Shown piece after piece: positions 1 through 11,256 of a stretch of DNA of 35,880 bases. Each line of letters opens with the position of its first letter. Position 1 is the stretch's first letter. The DNA is from Nemertoderma westbladi (Eukaryota > Animalia > Xenacoelomorpha), in assembly GCA_032718475.1 (NCBI GenBank), contig JAUCBJ010008657.1:1-35880 (forward strand), read 5' to 3'. Both the position numbers and the translations under genes were made by a program. The notes under the pieces are model-generated. The model worked only from the letters and a program-made list of their open reading frames with translations, did no database searches and was not told the DNA's origin.

Positions 1-41
1 AATATATTTTAGATATTCTCTGTTTGTATAATTTTTTTAAG

Positions 42-799
42 AATTAGATACAGAGTGGAAAGAACTGATACACACCGCAGTAATACATACAATCAATACT
101 AAATACCAGCGCGTCAATATCAATCTATCATTGGAACATATAACAAAACAAGTTGAGGCTGAGTTGAAAGAACATGTTACAGAGTTAGTGCATTCATCCA
201 TGACACTCTATCAGCTATTGGCTCCTCGGTTAATAAAGCATAAAGATGGGCTGAAGATTCAACAAAGAGTTGATGGATCTGTCGACTTCTATCGCAACTG
301 GGATGAATATGTTGAAGGATTTGGCGACCCGAATACCAATTTTTGGTTGGGATTGGAGACGATCCACAAGCTGAGTGAAGGTGGGGTGAAGTTGAGAGTC
401 GATTTGTGGTTCACTGGAGAGGGATATAAAGGTGGAGATGGTGTTAATAGATGGGAGAGGGTGAATTACAACAACGAACACAAATACGCGGAATACAAAT
501 ACTTCTCTATCGATTCAGCTGCAACTAATTATCGCCTACATGTATCTGGTTACCATGGTACTGCTGGTAACGCATTTAACAATCACAACGGTTTCCCATT
601 CACCACCAAGGACCGCGATAATGACGGGAGGGACTCCGGCAACTGCGCCGTAGATCGTACTGGGTCGTGGTGGTACAACAGCTGCGCAAACAGTAACTTG
701 AACGGAGAATATGGTGCGGGGGATTGGAAAGGACCTCATTGGTGGTATTTTACTAGAGTGAATCCGGCTTCTCGAGTTGAAATGATGATTTCGATTTAG
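42..799 (+). CDS. Terminal exon of a fibrinogen-related domain (FReD; ficolin/angiopoietin/tenascin-like) protein
   Basis: FReD motifs IQQRVDGSVDFYRNWDEYVEGFG, FWLGLE, YAEY, YRLHVSGYHGTAG, FTTKDRDND, WWYNSCANSNLNG. The frame is open back to 41, right after the acceptor-like ttttttaag (alternative AG at 46-47). Stop at 797-799; AATAAA near 1011 and 1078. Confidence 0.9.
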
Positions 800-1604
800 T
801 AAAACTGTAAGTTTTATATAAACTTACTGAATAATTACAATAGAGTAGCCTTGGAAACTAACTTTTACATTTAATTATAAAATTAATTTTTATTCTACTG
901 AGTAAAACCACTTACCGCGGGTAGGAAACGCAATGTGTAAAAAATTTAATATGAAACATTTAATTTTATTTCACTTAAATTCCTAATGACCTCCATCACC
1001 ATCTCCATGAAATAAAAAATATGATATATTATAATATTAGGGTGAAAAGTTCCTGATTAATACTACTTTAGTTCCTGAATAAATATGTTTTATTTACAAT
1101 AAAATTATTTACTTTAACTTTTTTATTTTGCAGTTTGAATTCCCAATGAGTTGTAGAAGAGATACTGTACTTTGGTCTACAGTTCTATATGATTCATTAA
1201 ACACAACTGCTATATGTTACCAGTTTATATGTTATATGGTTACGGGTTTATGTTTGGTTAATATTTACAATATAAATTAATTATAGTTGCACTGACTAAC
1301 TTTATTTACTTGACTTGATGTTGTAGAGCGGGGCCCGGTTGCATAAATCAACCTTAGCTAAGGCGCTGGTTCAACCCCCGGTGACGTACCTCCTCGTTTT
1401 TCCATTTCTTGAACAAAACAATAAAAATAATATTACATCATTAATTACAGTTGCATTAACAGCTCAACTCCAATCCATTTAATTAATGTTACGGGATCCC
1501 GGTTGGCCTGAGATACCGACCGTTCGACTTTGTGTGATTGTCTCATACGCGCGCGCGCTGGCTAATGGCTGGGTGGATAGACTATTGTTCCAGAAAGTTG
1601 GCAC

Positions 1605-1852
1605 TTCAGTCCAACTAGGTGGGGCACCTTATTCCAACTAGGGTGGGGTACCTTATTCCAAATAGGGTGGGGTACCTCAGTCCATCTAGAATGGGGCAAC
1701 TTAGTCCAGCTAGGGTGGGTCACCTTATTCCAACTAGGGTGGGGCACCTTATTCCAAATAGGGTGGGGGACCTCAGTCCATCTAGAATGGAGAAGCTTAG
1801 TCCAACTAGGGTGGGTCCCTTTAGTCCGACTAGGGTGGGGTACCTCAGTCCA
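1605..1852. repeat. 24-bp minisatellite (ttattccaactagggtggggcacc), ~10 diverged copies
   Basis: Periodicity is directly visible and produces the 8-aa repeat ORFs in the track. Confidence 0.9.
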
Positions 1853-2007
1853 AAATCAGCGGGTTTATGGTGTATAGTGTAATGCAGTGAAAGTTTATAA
1901 TCCTTGTCACTAAACAACATTGTTGTTAGGAACGGCGCAGAGTTGAAGAGAGAGATATTGGGGAAGACAGGGCCTGTTCCGTCGGGTCTTATCGAAGTGA
2001 GACGGCT

Positions 2008-3170
2008 GTTAGACACCTCCCATTAGTGTGCGATAAAGTGGACTGTATGGGGTGGGGAGTTGGGATGTTAGACTCCTCCCATTAGTGTGCGATAAAGTGG
2101 ACTGTATGGGGTGGGGAGTTGGGATGTTAGACACCTCCCATTAGTGTGCGATAAAGTGGGCTGCATGGGGTGGGGAGTTGGGATGTTAGACACCTCCCAT
2201 TAGTGTGCGATAAAGTGGACTGTATGGGGTGGGGAGTTGGGATGTTAGACACCTCCCATTAGTGTGCGATAAAGTGGACTGTATGGGGTGGGGAGTTGGG
2301 ATGTTAGACACCTCCCATTAGTGTGCGATAAAGTGGACTGTATGGGGTGGGGAGTTGGGATGTTAGACACCTCCCATTAGTGTGCGATAAAGTGGACTGT
2401 ATGGGGTGGGGAGTTGGGATGTTAGACACCTCCCATTAGTGTGCGATAAAGTGGGCTGCATGGGGTGGGGAGTTGGGATGTTAGACACCTCCCATTAGTG
2501 TGCGATAAAGTGGACTGTATGGGGTGGGAAGTTGGGATGTTAGACACCTCCCATTAGTGTGCGATAAAGTGGACTGTATGGGGTGGGGAGTTGGGATGTT
2601 GGACACCTCCCATTAGTGTGCGATAAAGTGGACTGTATGGGGTGGGGAGTTGGGATGTTAGACACCTCCCATTAGTGTGCGATAACGTGGACTGTATGGG
2701 GGGGGGGGGGTTGGGATGTTAGACACCTCCCATTAGTGTGCGATAAAGTGGACTGTATGGGGTGGGGAGTGGGATGTTAGACACCTCCCATTAGTGTGCG
2801 ATAAAGTGGACTGTATGGGGTGGGGAGTTGGGATGTTAGACACCTCCCATTAGTGTGCGATAAAGTGGACTGTATGGGGTGGGGAGTTGGGATGTTGGAC
2901 ACCTCCCATTAGTGTGCGATAAAGTGGACTGTATGGGGTGGGGAGTTGGGATGTTAGACACCTCCCATTAGTGTGCGATAAAGTGGACTGTATGGGGTGG
3001 GGAGTTGGGATGTTAGACACCTCCCATTAGTGTGCGATAAAGTGGACTGTATGGGGTGGGGAGTTGGGATGTTAGACACCTCCCATTAGTGTGCGATAAA
3101 GTGGACTGTATGGGGTGGGGAGTTGGGATGTTAGACACCTCCCATTAGTGTGCGATAAAGTGGACTGTAT
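2008..3170. repeat. 59-bp tandem satellite, ~20 nearly identical copies, G-tract rich
   Basis: Unit gttagacacctcccattagtgtgcgataaagtggactgtatggggtggggagttgggat repeated head to tail. Confidence 0.97.
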
Positions 3171-3176
3171 GTAAGT

Positions 3177-6100
3177 CCACTTACAAGGTTATTGTCCCAT
3201 TGTTATCGCGTGTTTAATCCCCATGACATCCACTTACATGGCTTGCCCCATTGTTTTCGCGTGTTTAATCCCCCATGACATCCACTTACATGGCTCGCCC
3301 CATTGTTATCGCGTGTTTGATCCCCATGACATCCACTTACATGGCTCGCCCCATTTTTATCGCGTGTTTAATCCCCATAACATCCACTTACATGGCTCGC
3401 CCCATTGTTATCGCGTGTTTAATCCCCATGACATCCACTTACATGGCTCGCCCCATTGTTATCGCGTGTTTAATCGCCATGATATCCACTTACATGGATC
3501 GCCCCTTTGTTATCGCGTGTTTAGTCCCCATGACATCCACTTACATGGCTCGCCCCATTGTTATCGCGTGTTTAATCCCTACGCTCCACTTACATGGCTC
3601 GCCCCATTGTTATCGCGTGTTTAATTCCTAGTGACGCTCCACTTACATGGTTCGCCCCTTATCGCGTGTTTAATCCCTAGTGACGCTCCACTTACATGGC
3701 TCGCCCCATTGTTATCGCGTGTTTAATCCCCCATGACATCCACTTACATGGCTCGCCCCATTGTTATCGCGTGTTTAATCCCCATGACATACACTTACAT
3801 GACTCGCCCCTTTGTTATCGCGTGTTTAATCCCCATGACATCCACTTACATGGCTTGCCCCTTTGTTATCGCGTGTTTAATCCCCATGACATCCACTTAC
3901 ATGGCTTGCCCCTTTGTTATCGCGTGTTTAATCCCCATGACATCCACTTACATGGCTCGCCCCTTTGTTATCGCGTGTTTAATCCCCATGACATCCACTT
4001 ACATGGCTTGCCCCTTTGTTATCGCGTGTTTAATCCCCATGACATCCACTTACATGACTCGCCCCAGTGTTATCGCGTGTTTAATCCCCATGACATCCAC
4101 TTACATGGCTTGCCCCTTTGTTATCGCGTGTTTAATCCCCATGACATCCACTTACATGGCTTGCCCCTTTGTTATCGCGTGTTTAATCCCCATGACATCC
4201 ACTTACATGACTCGCCCCAGTGTTATCGCGTGTTTAATCCCCATGACATCCACTTACATGGCTTGCCCCTTTGTTATCGCGTGTTTAATCCCCATGACAT
4301 ACACTTACATGGCTCGCCCCTTTGTTATCGCGTGTTTAATCCATGACATCCACTTACATGGCTCGCCCCATTGTTATCGCGTGTTTAATCCCCATGACAT
4401 CCACTTACATGGCTCGCCCCTTTGTTATTGCGTGTTTAATCCCTAGTGACGCTCCACTTACATGGCTTGCCCCATTGTTATCGCGTGTTTAATCCCCATG
4501 ACATCCACTTACATGGCTCGCCCCATTGTTATCGTGTGTTTAATCCCCATGACATCCACTTACATGGCTCGCCCCAGTGTTATCACGTGTTTAATCCGCA
4601 TGACATAAACTTACATGGCTCGCCCCTTTGTTATCGCGTGTTTGATCCCCATGACATCCACTTACATGGCTCGCCCCATTTTTATCGCGTGTTTAATCCC
4701 CATAACATCCACTTACATGGCTCGCCCAATTGTTATCGCGTGTTTAATCCCCATGACATACACTTACATGACTCGCCCCTTTGTTATCGCGTGTTTAATC
4801 CCCATGACATACACTTACATGACTCGCCCCTTTGTTATCGCGTGTTTAATCCCCATGACATACACTTACATGGCTTGCCCCTTTGTTATCGCGTGTTTAA
4901 TCCCCATGACATCCACTTACATGGCTCGCCCCATTGTTATCGCGTGTTTAATCCCCATGACATCCACTTACATGGCTCGCCCCATTGTTATCGCGTGTTT
5001 AATCCCCATGACATCCACTTACATGGCTCGCCCCTTTGTTATTGCGTGTTTAATCCCTAGTGACGCTCCGCTTACATGGCTCGCCCCATTGTTATCGCGT
5101 GTTTAATCCCCATGACATACACTTACATGACTCGCCCCTTTGTTATCGCGTGTTTAATCCCCATGACATACACTTACATGACTCGCCCCTTTGTTTTCGC
5201 GTGTTTAATCCCCATGACATCCACTTACATGGCTCGCCCCTTTGTTATCGCGTGTTTAATCCCCATGACATACACTTACATGACTCGCCCCTTTGTTATC
5301 GCGTGTTTAATCCCCATGACATACACTTACATGACTCGCCCCTTTGTTATCGCGTGTTTAATCCCCATGACATCCACTTACATGGCTCGCCCCTTTGTTA
5401 TCGCGTGTTTAATCCCCATGACATACACTTACATGGCTCGACCCATTGTTATCGCGTGTTTAATCCCCATGACATCCACTTACATGGCTCGCCCCAGTGT
5501 TATCGCGTGTTTAATCCCCATAACATCCACTTACATGGCTTGCCCCTTTGTTATCGCGTGTTTAATCCCCATGACATCCACTTACATGGCTCGCCCCATT
5601 GTTATCGCGTGTTTAATCCCCATGACATCCACTTACATGGCTCGCCCCATTGTTATCGCGTGTTTAATCCCCATGACATCCACTTACATGGCTCGCCCCT
5701 TTGTTATTGCGTGTTTAATCCCTAGTGACGCTCCACTTACATGGCTTGCCCCATTGTTATCGCGTGTTTAATCCCCATGACATCCACTTACATGGCTCGC
5801 CCCATTGTTATCGTGTGTTTATCACTTACATGACTCGCCCCTTTGTTATCGCGTGTTTAATCCGCATGACATAAACTTACATGGCTCGCCCCTTTGTTAT
5901 CGCGTGTTTAATCCCTAGTGACGCTCCACTTACATGGCTTGCCCCATTGTTATCGCGTGTTTAATCCCCATGACATCCACTTACATGGCTCGCCCCATTG
6001 TTATCGCGTGTTTAATCCCCATGACATCCACTTACATGGCTCGCCCCAGTGTTATCGCGTGTTTAATCCGCATGACATACACTTACATGGCTCGCCCCTT

Positions 6101-6571
6101 TGTTATCGCGTGTTTAATCCCTAGTGACGCTCCACTTACATGGCTTGCCCCATTGTTATCGCGTGTTTAATCCCCATGACATCCACTTACATGGCTCGCC
6201 CCATTGTTATCGCGTGTTTAATCCCCATGACATCCACTTACATGGCTCGCCCCAGTGTTATCGCGTGTTTAATCCTCATGACATACACTTACATGGCTCG
6301 CCCCTTTGTTATCGCGTGTTTAATCCCTAGTGACGCTCCACTTACATGGCTTGCCCCATTGTTATCGCGTGTTTAATCCCCATGACATCCACTTACATGG
6401 CTCGACCCATTGTTATCGCGTGTTTAATCCCCATGACATCCACTTACATGGCTCGACCCATTGTTATCGCGTGTTTAATCCCCCATGACATCCACTTCCA
6501 TGGCTCGCCCCATTGTTATCGCGTGTTTAATCCCCATGACATCCACTTACATGGCTAGATATCGCGTGTTT
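3177..6571. repeat. 51-bp tandem satellite, ~65 copies, with 53-bp variant units and a local higher-order repeat
   Basis: Unit ccccatgacatccacttacatggctcgccccattgttatcgcgtgtttaat; variant units carry ccctagtgacgctcc. Confidence 0.97.
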
Positions 6572-7745
6572 ACTACTACTAGGATCGGCATGCTGCATTG
6601 CAGCTGCATTTTTAAGAATGCTGTGCCGGCTTGTTAACAAAATTGCACCGCCACAACTCCCTATCACCCATGACATTTGCTAGATCATCCGCATCTTTAA
6701 GGCCAGTGTCCTCTAAGATGCGTCTCAAGAAAGTCATGGGCTGGCCACCATGCTTATTCACTCCATGAGGCTGCCAAAGTACAAGATTATGCACTGGCTG
6801 GTCCTCACGGCGAAAGCAATGTCCTGCAAAGCGGAGGCGATTTTGTTCTAGTGTCAAGCTTGGGGGAACCAATGAGACACCTCCAATGTTATATAGTGTC
6901 TGGTTGGAGATGTGTGCATTGTACTTGACACAATGAACCCGGCGTAGCATTCTTGTGAATATGCCATCCAGAGATTTGGTGTCCTCAGCAGTTAGAGCCC
7001 AGCATGGACTCCCGTAGAGGAGTACTGGAACTACTGCTGCTCTAAATAATCGGACCTTAAGTTTCCGATTAATTCTCGGTGACTTCCAAATCCTGGAAAG
7101 CCTATTGAAGGCTGCCCATGCCTTTCCCTTACGTATTCGAAGGTCCTCACCTGACTTCCGGATCCATGATCCCAGGTAACAGAAGTCGTCCACATGCTCA
7201 AGTATACCATCCTTTGAGCTTATGCTCATCCGATCAGAGACTTGCTGAGGACTTTCAAAGTTAACTGTCAAAATTTTGGTCTTTCTGGAGTTAATAAAAA
7301 TACCAACACTAGAAGCAGCATGTTCTAATGAGCTGAGGAGCCGTTGGGCTCCCTCTAATGATTCTGAGAGTACTCCTAAGTCATCAGCAAAGTCTAGATC
7401 AGTTAGGTACTTGGCAGGATTTCCTCGACTTCTGGAGCCAGTAGGTGGAGTTATCATCACCCCATCATCATTATGATGATCTAAGGACATGCGTAGAACA
7501 TAGTCAACCACAATAATAAACAAGAATGGTGCAAGTGTGTCTCCTTGTTGTACGGTACATGTCTACTATGATGGGATAGATGAGCTTTAAACACTCAGGT
7601 ATTTTAAAGACCTCAGGGGGAACACCATCTACTCCACTGGCACGATTGGTCTTAATGCTCTTTGCAGCAGCCTTCACTTCTGCAAAGGAGATATCGCCAA
7701 TGGGAATATCTGGGAGTACAGACTCTGTAAAAGCTTTTGTGGGAT
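6571..7745 (-). mobile_element. 5'-truncated, internally deleted non-LTR retrotransposon (RTE-like)
   Basis: Minus-strand RT motifs RASGVDGVPPEVFK (domain 0), VQQGDTLAPFLF, LDFADDL, VDDFCYLGSWI, VLLYGS, RLRFAGH. A short 3' UTR ends in an (AGT)n tail at 6571-6581. Confidence 0.9.
6612..7552 (-). pseudogene. C-terminal half of a LINE reverse transcriptase ORF
   Basis: ORF 6612..7523 extends upstream in frame to VQQGDTLAPFL; the preceding RT domains are absent. Confidence 0.88.
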
Positions 7746-8029
7746 GTAACTGGCCCTTTTGCTTTGCAATCCAGTTCCCCCCCCCCAGGCGCTGGAATAC
7801 TCTAAAAAGCTCTCTAACTCGAATGATGCAATGCGACCGGCTGATTGGCTGATTTGTTATACGAGGGGCTCTTTGCTATGTTCTATTGGCCAACCAGAGC
7901 TATAGCAGCAGAGTATGCAACCAGGGCAACCGAGCGGAGTGACTCATTTTGTGTGTTGGCCAAGGGCTGCAAAAATCCTGATAGTTCGGCATTTAGATAT
8001 TCGTGGAACCTGTGGAATCTGGGGTTCTG

Positions 8030-8960
8030 CCAATGAGAGCTATTCCTCTCTGTGTAAAAAGATACCTGCAACGGTGTTAGAGTCAGAGAGTTCTTGTTAC
8101 TGTTGTGTTGTTTCTATCTAGGCCAGGAACACCGGCTCTAGAGTCAATTCGTTTCAGACTTTAGAAGAAACATTAGTAGGCTTAGATTATAGAGCGTATA
8201 ACTGTTATCGGCTCAATCAGCACATACATTGTCATATCATATCTTAACCTACCGTCCTAATGCTTTTACTGTTGTTATTATTTTGTATCAGTTGGTTGAA
8301 TATTATTTGGAGAACATCTATAAAGAACCCAAATTTCCCAATTTTCTTGATACACTACAGGTTAGAGAGACAGGTTACATATAGCGATTGCGACTTATAT
8401 TATCGTGGTTTGTAGTGAATTTAATGCTATTTGATAAGCACTACATGAGTCAATTGCTGTTCTCTTTATATATGATAAAATTCATTGACGGTCGGCAAAT
8501 TAGTGTGCAGTATTGTGTGTTACCGGTAGTGTGCATTATTGTGGCTGATAACTAAGCATTTCCTAAAGAATGCTCCTCATACGTGAATCATAAGCCTTAC
8601 CGACTTACCGTTGTGTTTAGTATAAGTCATATCTCTGTTTACCTAGATAGAGCGCCACGTCCTAAAGGAACTGCTAATATTTCCCGAAAGTAAATAATAT
8701 TGGTCAGAAATTATTTATTAACAATCAATCGAATAATACAGTAAGCTTACACTGCAATAATAATCTAAGCCCTCAGAATCCAGTCTCCCGGGTATATCCA
8801 GCGGGTGAATGGACGCGCACTAGGCTGGCTTCTGCTAATGTTGTGTTTATTGGTATTAAATATTTGTCAATTTCTAAAGTCTATTTATAAACCAAAAGAC
8901 ATATAAATTTTGGCAGGTTAAACTGCTAAAGGTATTCAAAAGCGCGTACAATAACAGTTA
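8030..8960 (+). repeat. Left arm of a ~0.9 kb diverged inverted repeat (promoter/LTR-like region of BEL-family copy A)
   Basis: Colinear with the reverse complement of 12715-13626. Examples: ccagtctcccgggtatatccagcgggtgaat vs ccaatctcccgggaatatccagcgggtgaat; shared agcgccacgtcctaaaggaactg; shared ggttaaactgc.aaaggt. Confidence 0.9.
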
Positions 8961-9017
8961 TTGTCTTTATTGCAGTAAGCAATAAAGTTGAAAGTACCGG
9001 TCGACCGGTAAACCTGA

Positions 9018-9215
9018 ACCGGTACTGTCGTAGGTCCGTAGGCCCAACTGCCAGAATCGGTACTGCTGTAGGTCCGTAGGCCCAACTGCCAGAACCGGTA
9101 CTGCTGTAGGTCCGTAGGCCCAACTGCTTGAACCGGTACTGCTGTAGGTCCATAGGCCTAACTGCCGAACCGGTACTGCTGTAGGTCTGTAGGCCCAACT
9201 GTCCTAACCGGTACT
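9018..9215. repeat. 38-bp tandem repeat, ~5 copies
   Basis: Unit aaccggtactgctgtaggtccgtaggcccaactgccag. Confidence 0.92.
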
Positions 9216-9384
9216 TCCAGTATAAGTACATTAGTATTATTCAATTTTGATTATTGTATACCGGTAGGTCTCGATATTAAATCGGGGACGCCTGGTTTTT
9301 ATTGGGATTTTACTTAGGTCTATTTCTGTCAGTTTTATTTCCTAGTAAGTTAATATTGAGCTGAAGACATGTAAGTCTGCTCAG

Positions 9385-9955
9385 ATTGTTCAGATAACTG
9401 TAGGCCGGACTGTTGTCGGATTGTTGTTTGGTTTGGAGAGATTACGGCGTGTGTGGAGTTTGTCCGATAGAGTGCCAGTTAGTAAGTTGGGGCAGCCATA
9501 GCTGTAAGGTCAATCCCCTCTTAAAGAATAAGTCGTACTACCGTGTTAGAACGCATACTAACTAACCATTTTGGAATCTGCACATACTGTAGTTTATTTA
9601 GGCTTGACAGTATTCTGCCAACGTTTTGGCCTGTGTTTGTTTGTGTGGTCTGTTCAGGTACCGTAATAGTTATTACTCAGATATTTTGTAGGCTGGATTG
9701 TTGTCTAGCTATTATTAGGTCTGAAGAGATTGCTGCATGTGTAGAGTTTGTCTGATAAAGTGCCAGTTAGTAAGTTGGGGCAGCCAGTGCTGTAAGGTCA
9801 ATCCCCTCTTAAAGAATAAGTCGTACTACCGTGTTAGAACGCATACTAACTAACCATTTCGGAATCTTCACATACTGTAGTTTATTTAGGCTTGGTGGTA
9901 GTCTGCCAGCGTTTGGTTTGTATTTTATTTGAGTATTCTGTACGGGTAGCGTAAA
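9385..9955. repeat. ~288-bp tandem duplication (2 copies)
   Basis: agtgccagttagtaagttggggcagcc...ctgtagtttatttaggcttg occurs near 9471 and 9759 with a near-identical core. Confidence 0.92.
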
Positions 9956-10904
9956 ATGATTCAGAGTTTATGCGATTATTCGCAACATTCATGTCCCCAA
10001 GTTTATTCCTACAGTAATTGTGCTTGTTACACATACCGTTATAGTTGAATTAACCCCGGTACTACACGGGCTGCTTGGCGTAGGAAAAGACTGGTGACTT
10101 TGTGCTTCGGTCACTCCAGCAGATGCCGTGGTACTTTTAACTGTTCAAGTATATTTAACTACTGATTATTTGTTGTACCAGTACTTGTACCTAATTTAGG
10201 GTTTAGTGTACAGTGCTTTCCGAAAGTAATTAGTGTGTAGGCAGTATATTTGTGTTGTAAAGTGGTTAATAGGCACGTTGGATCTGGTAGTCCGCGGTAA
10301 TTAACTTCTAGGTAGGAACACTCCGTGATACATAACGTAGTACCTATAGCGATACGGCTATAGGTCGTCAGGCGGTGGTATTTTCCTATCTGGACAGTGC
10401 AATATATTTACTACTACTTATTATTTTCAAATACCGTAGTACCCTGTCCGTTGTAATAACCAGAATTCTAACCCTTTGTTAGGCTGGTTTGTAGACTTCC
10501 TGTAAATTTACCCTAAAATTTCGTACGTAATATTTTTGTTGTGTATAATTAGAGAATTAATCTCACCCGTATCGTAAGTAATTAGTGGTATTAAGTAACT
10601 TAGGTAAATTAGAATAATCTGTTTTAGTGTCCCATAAGTAGCACTTCACTGAGAGTGCACAGCTTCTGTGTAGTGACTTCCCCCAGAAATAATAACATTT
10701 ATTTCAAATATTGACAAAACCCATTATAAACGGGTATATAAATATTATAAATCAATTCAAACGATTTATAAATAGTAGGCCTGCCATACAACAACTAGGT
10801 CTCAATATCAGTTGGACTACTGCTTAAATAACGGTAATAAAGTAAGTTAAAGTAACCAAGTAACCCTAAAATATTCAGAAATTCAATTATTCTAAAATAA
10901 TTGA

Positions 10905-11180
10905 CATACCGGTATTTACCATAGGCTTATTATATTTATTTCTATAAATTTGAGCTGAAATCATACCGGTATTCTGTAATTAATTCTAGTTCATAATTAT
11001 ACTTATATACTATAAGTGTAAGCTGTATACCGGTATTCACGATAGGCCTATGATATATTTATATATATTTGTGCTAAAATTATATACCGGTACTCTGTGA
11101 CAAACCTAGTTTGCAATACTTCTATATATTATAAGTGTATACCGGTATTCTAATATACTGTAATAAATTACCGGTACTAG
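10905..11180. repeat. Degenerate ~120-bp repeat built around the ATACCGGTAT palindrome
   Basis: ataccggtatt.ac.ataggc recurs at ~10906 and ~11027, with a partial copy at ~11139. Confidence 0.75.
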
Positions 11181-11256
11181 GCCAACGGTCATACTGAATT
11201 ACTAGACTTGCTTTAACTGTAACTATAGCAGTAGGCATCCAACTGTATAGCTAAAC

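Noticed and set aside
1331-1385. PIF/Harbinger-like TIR fragment gggcccggttgcataaa
   Set aside because: No partner TIR or TSD found; too short to call.
1487-2007. Possible LTR starting tgttacggg and containing the 24-bp repeat
   Set aside because: No matching terminus, PBS, PPT or partner seen.
3223-6558. His/Cys-rich repeat ORFs (PHDIHLHGSPHCYRVFN; MTSTYMARPIVIACLIP)
   Set aside because: By-product of a 51-bp unit divisible by three. Two frames are open at once and indels switch them freely.
2008-6571. CRISPR-like appearance of the arrays (also 28944-30291 and 34502-35876)
   Set aside because: Units are contiguous with no unique spacers, there are no cas genes, and the context is eukaryotic.
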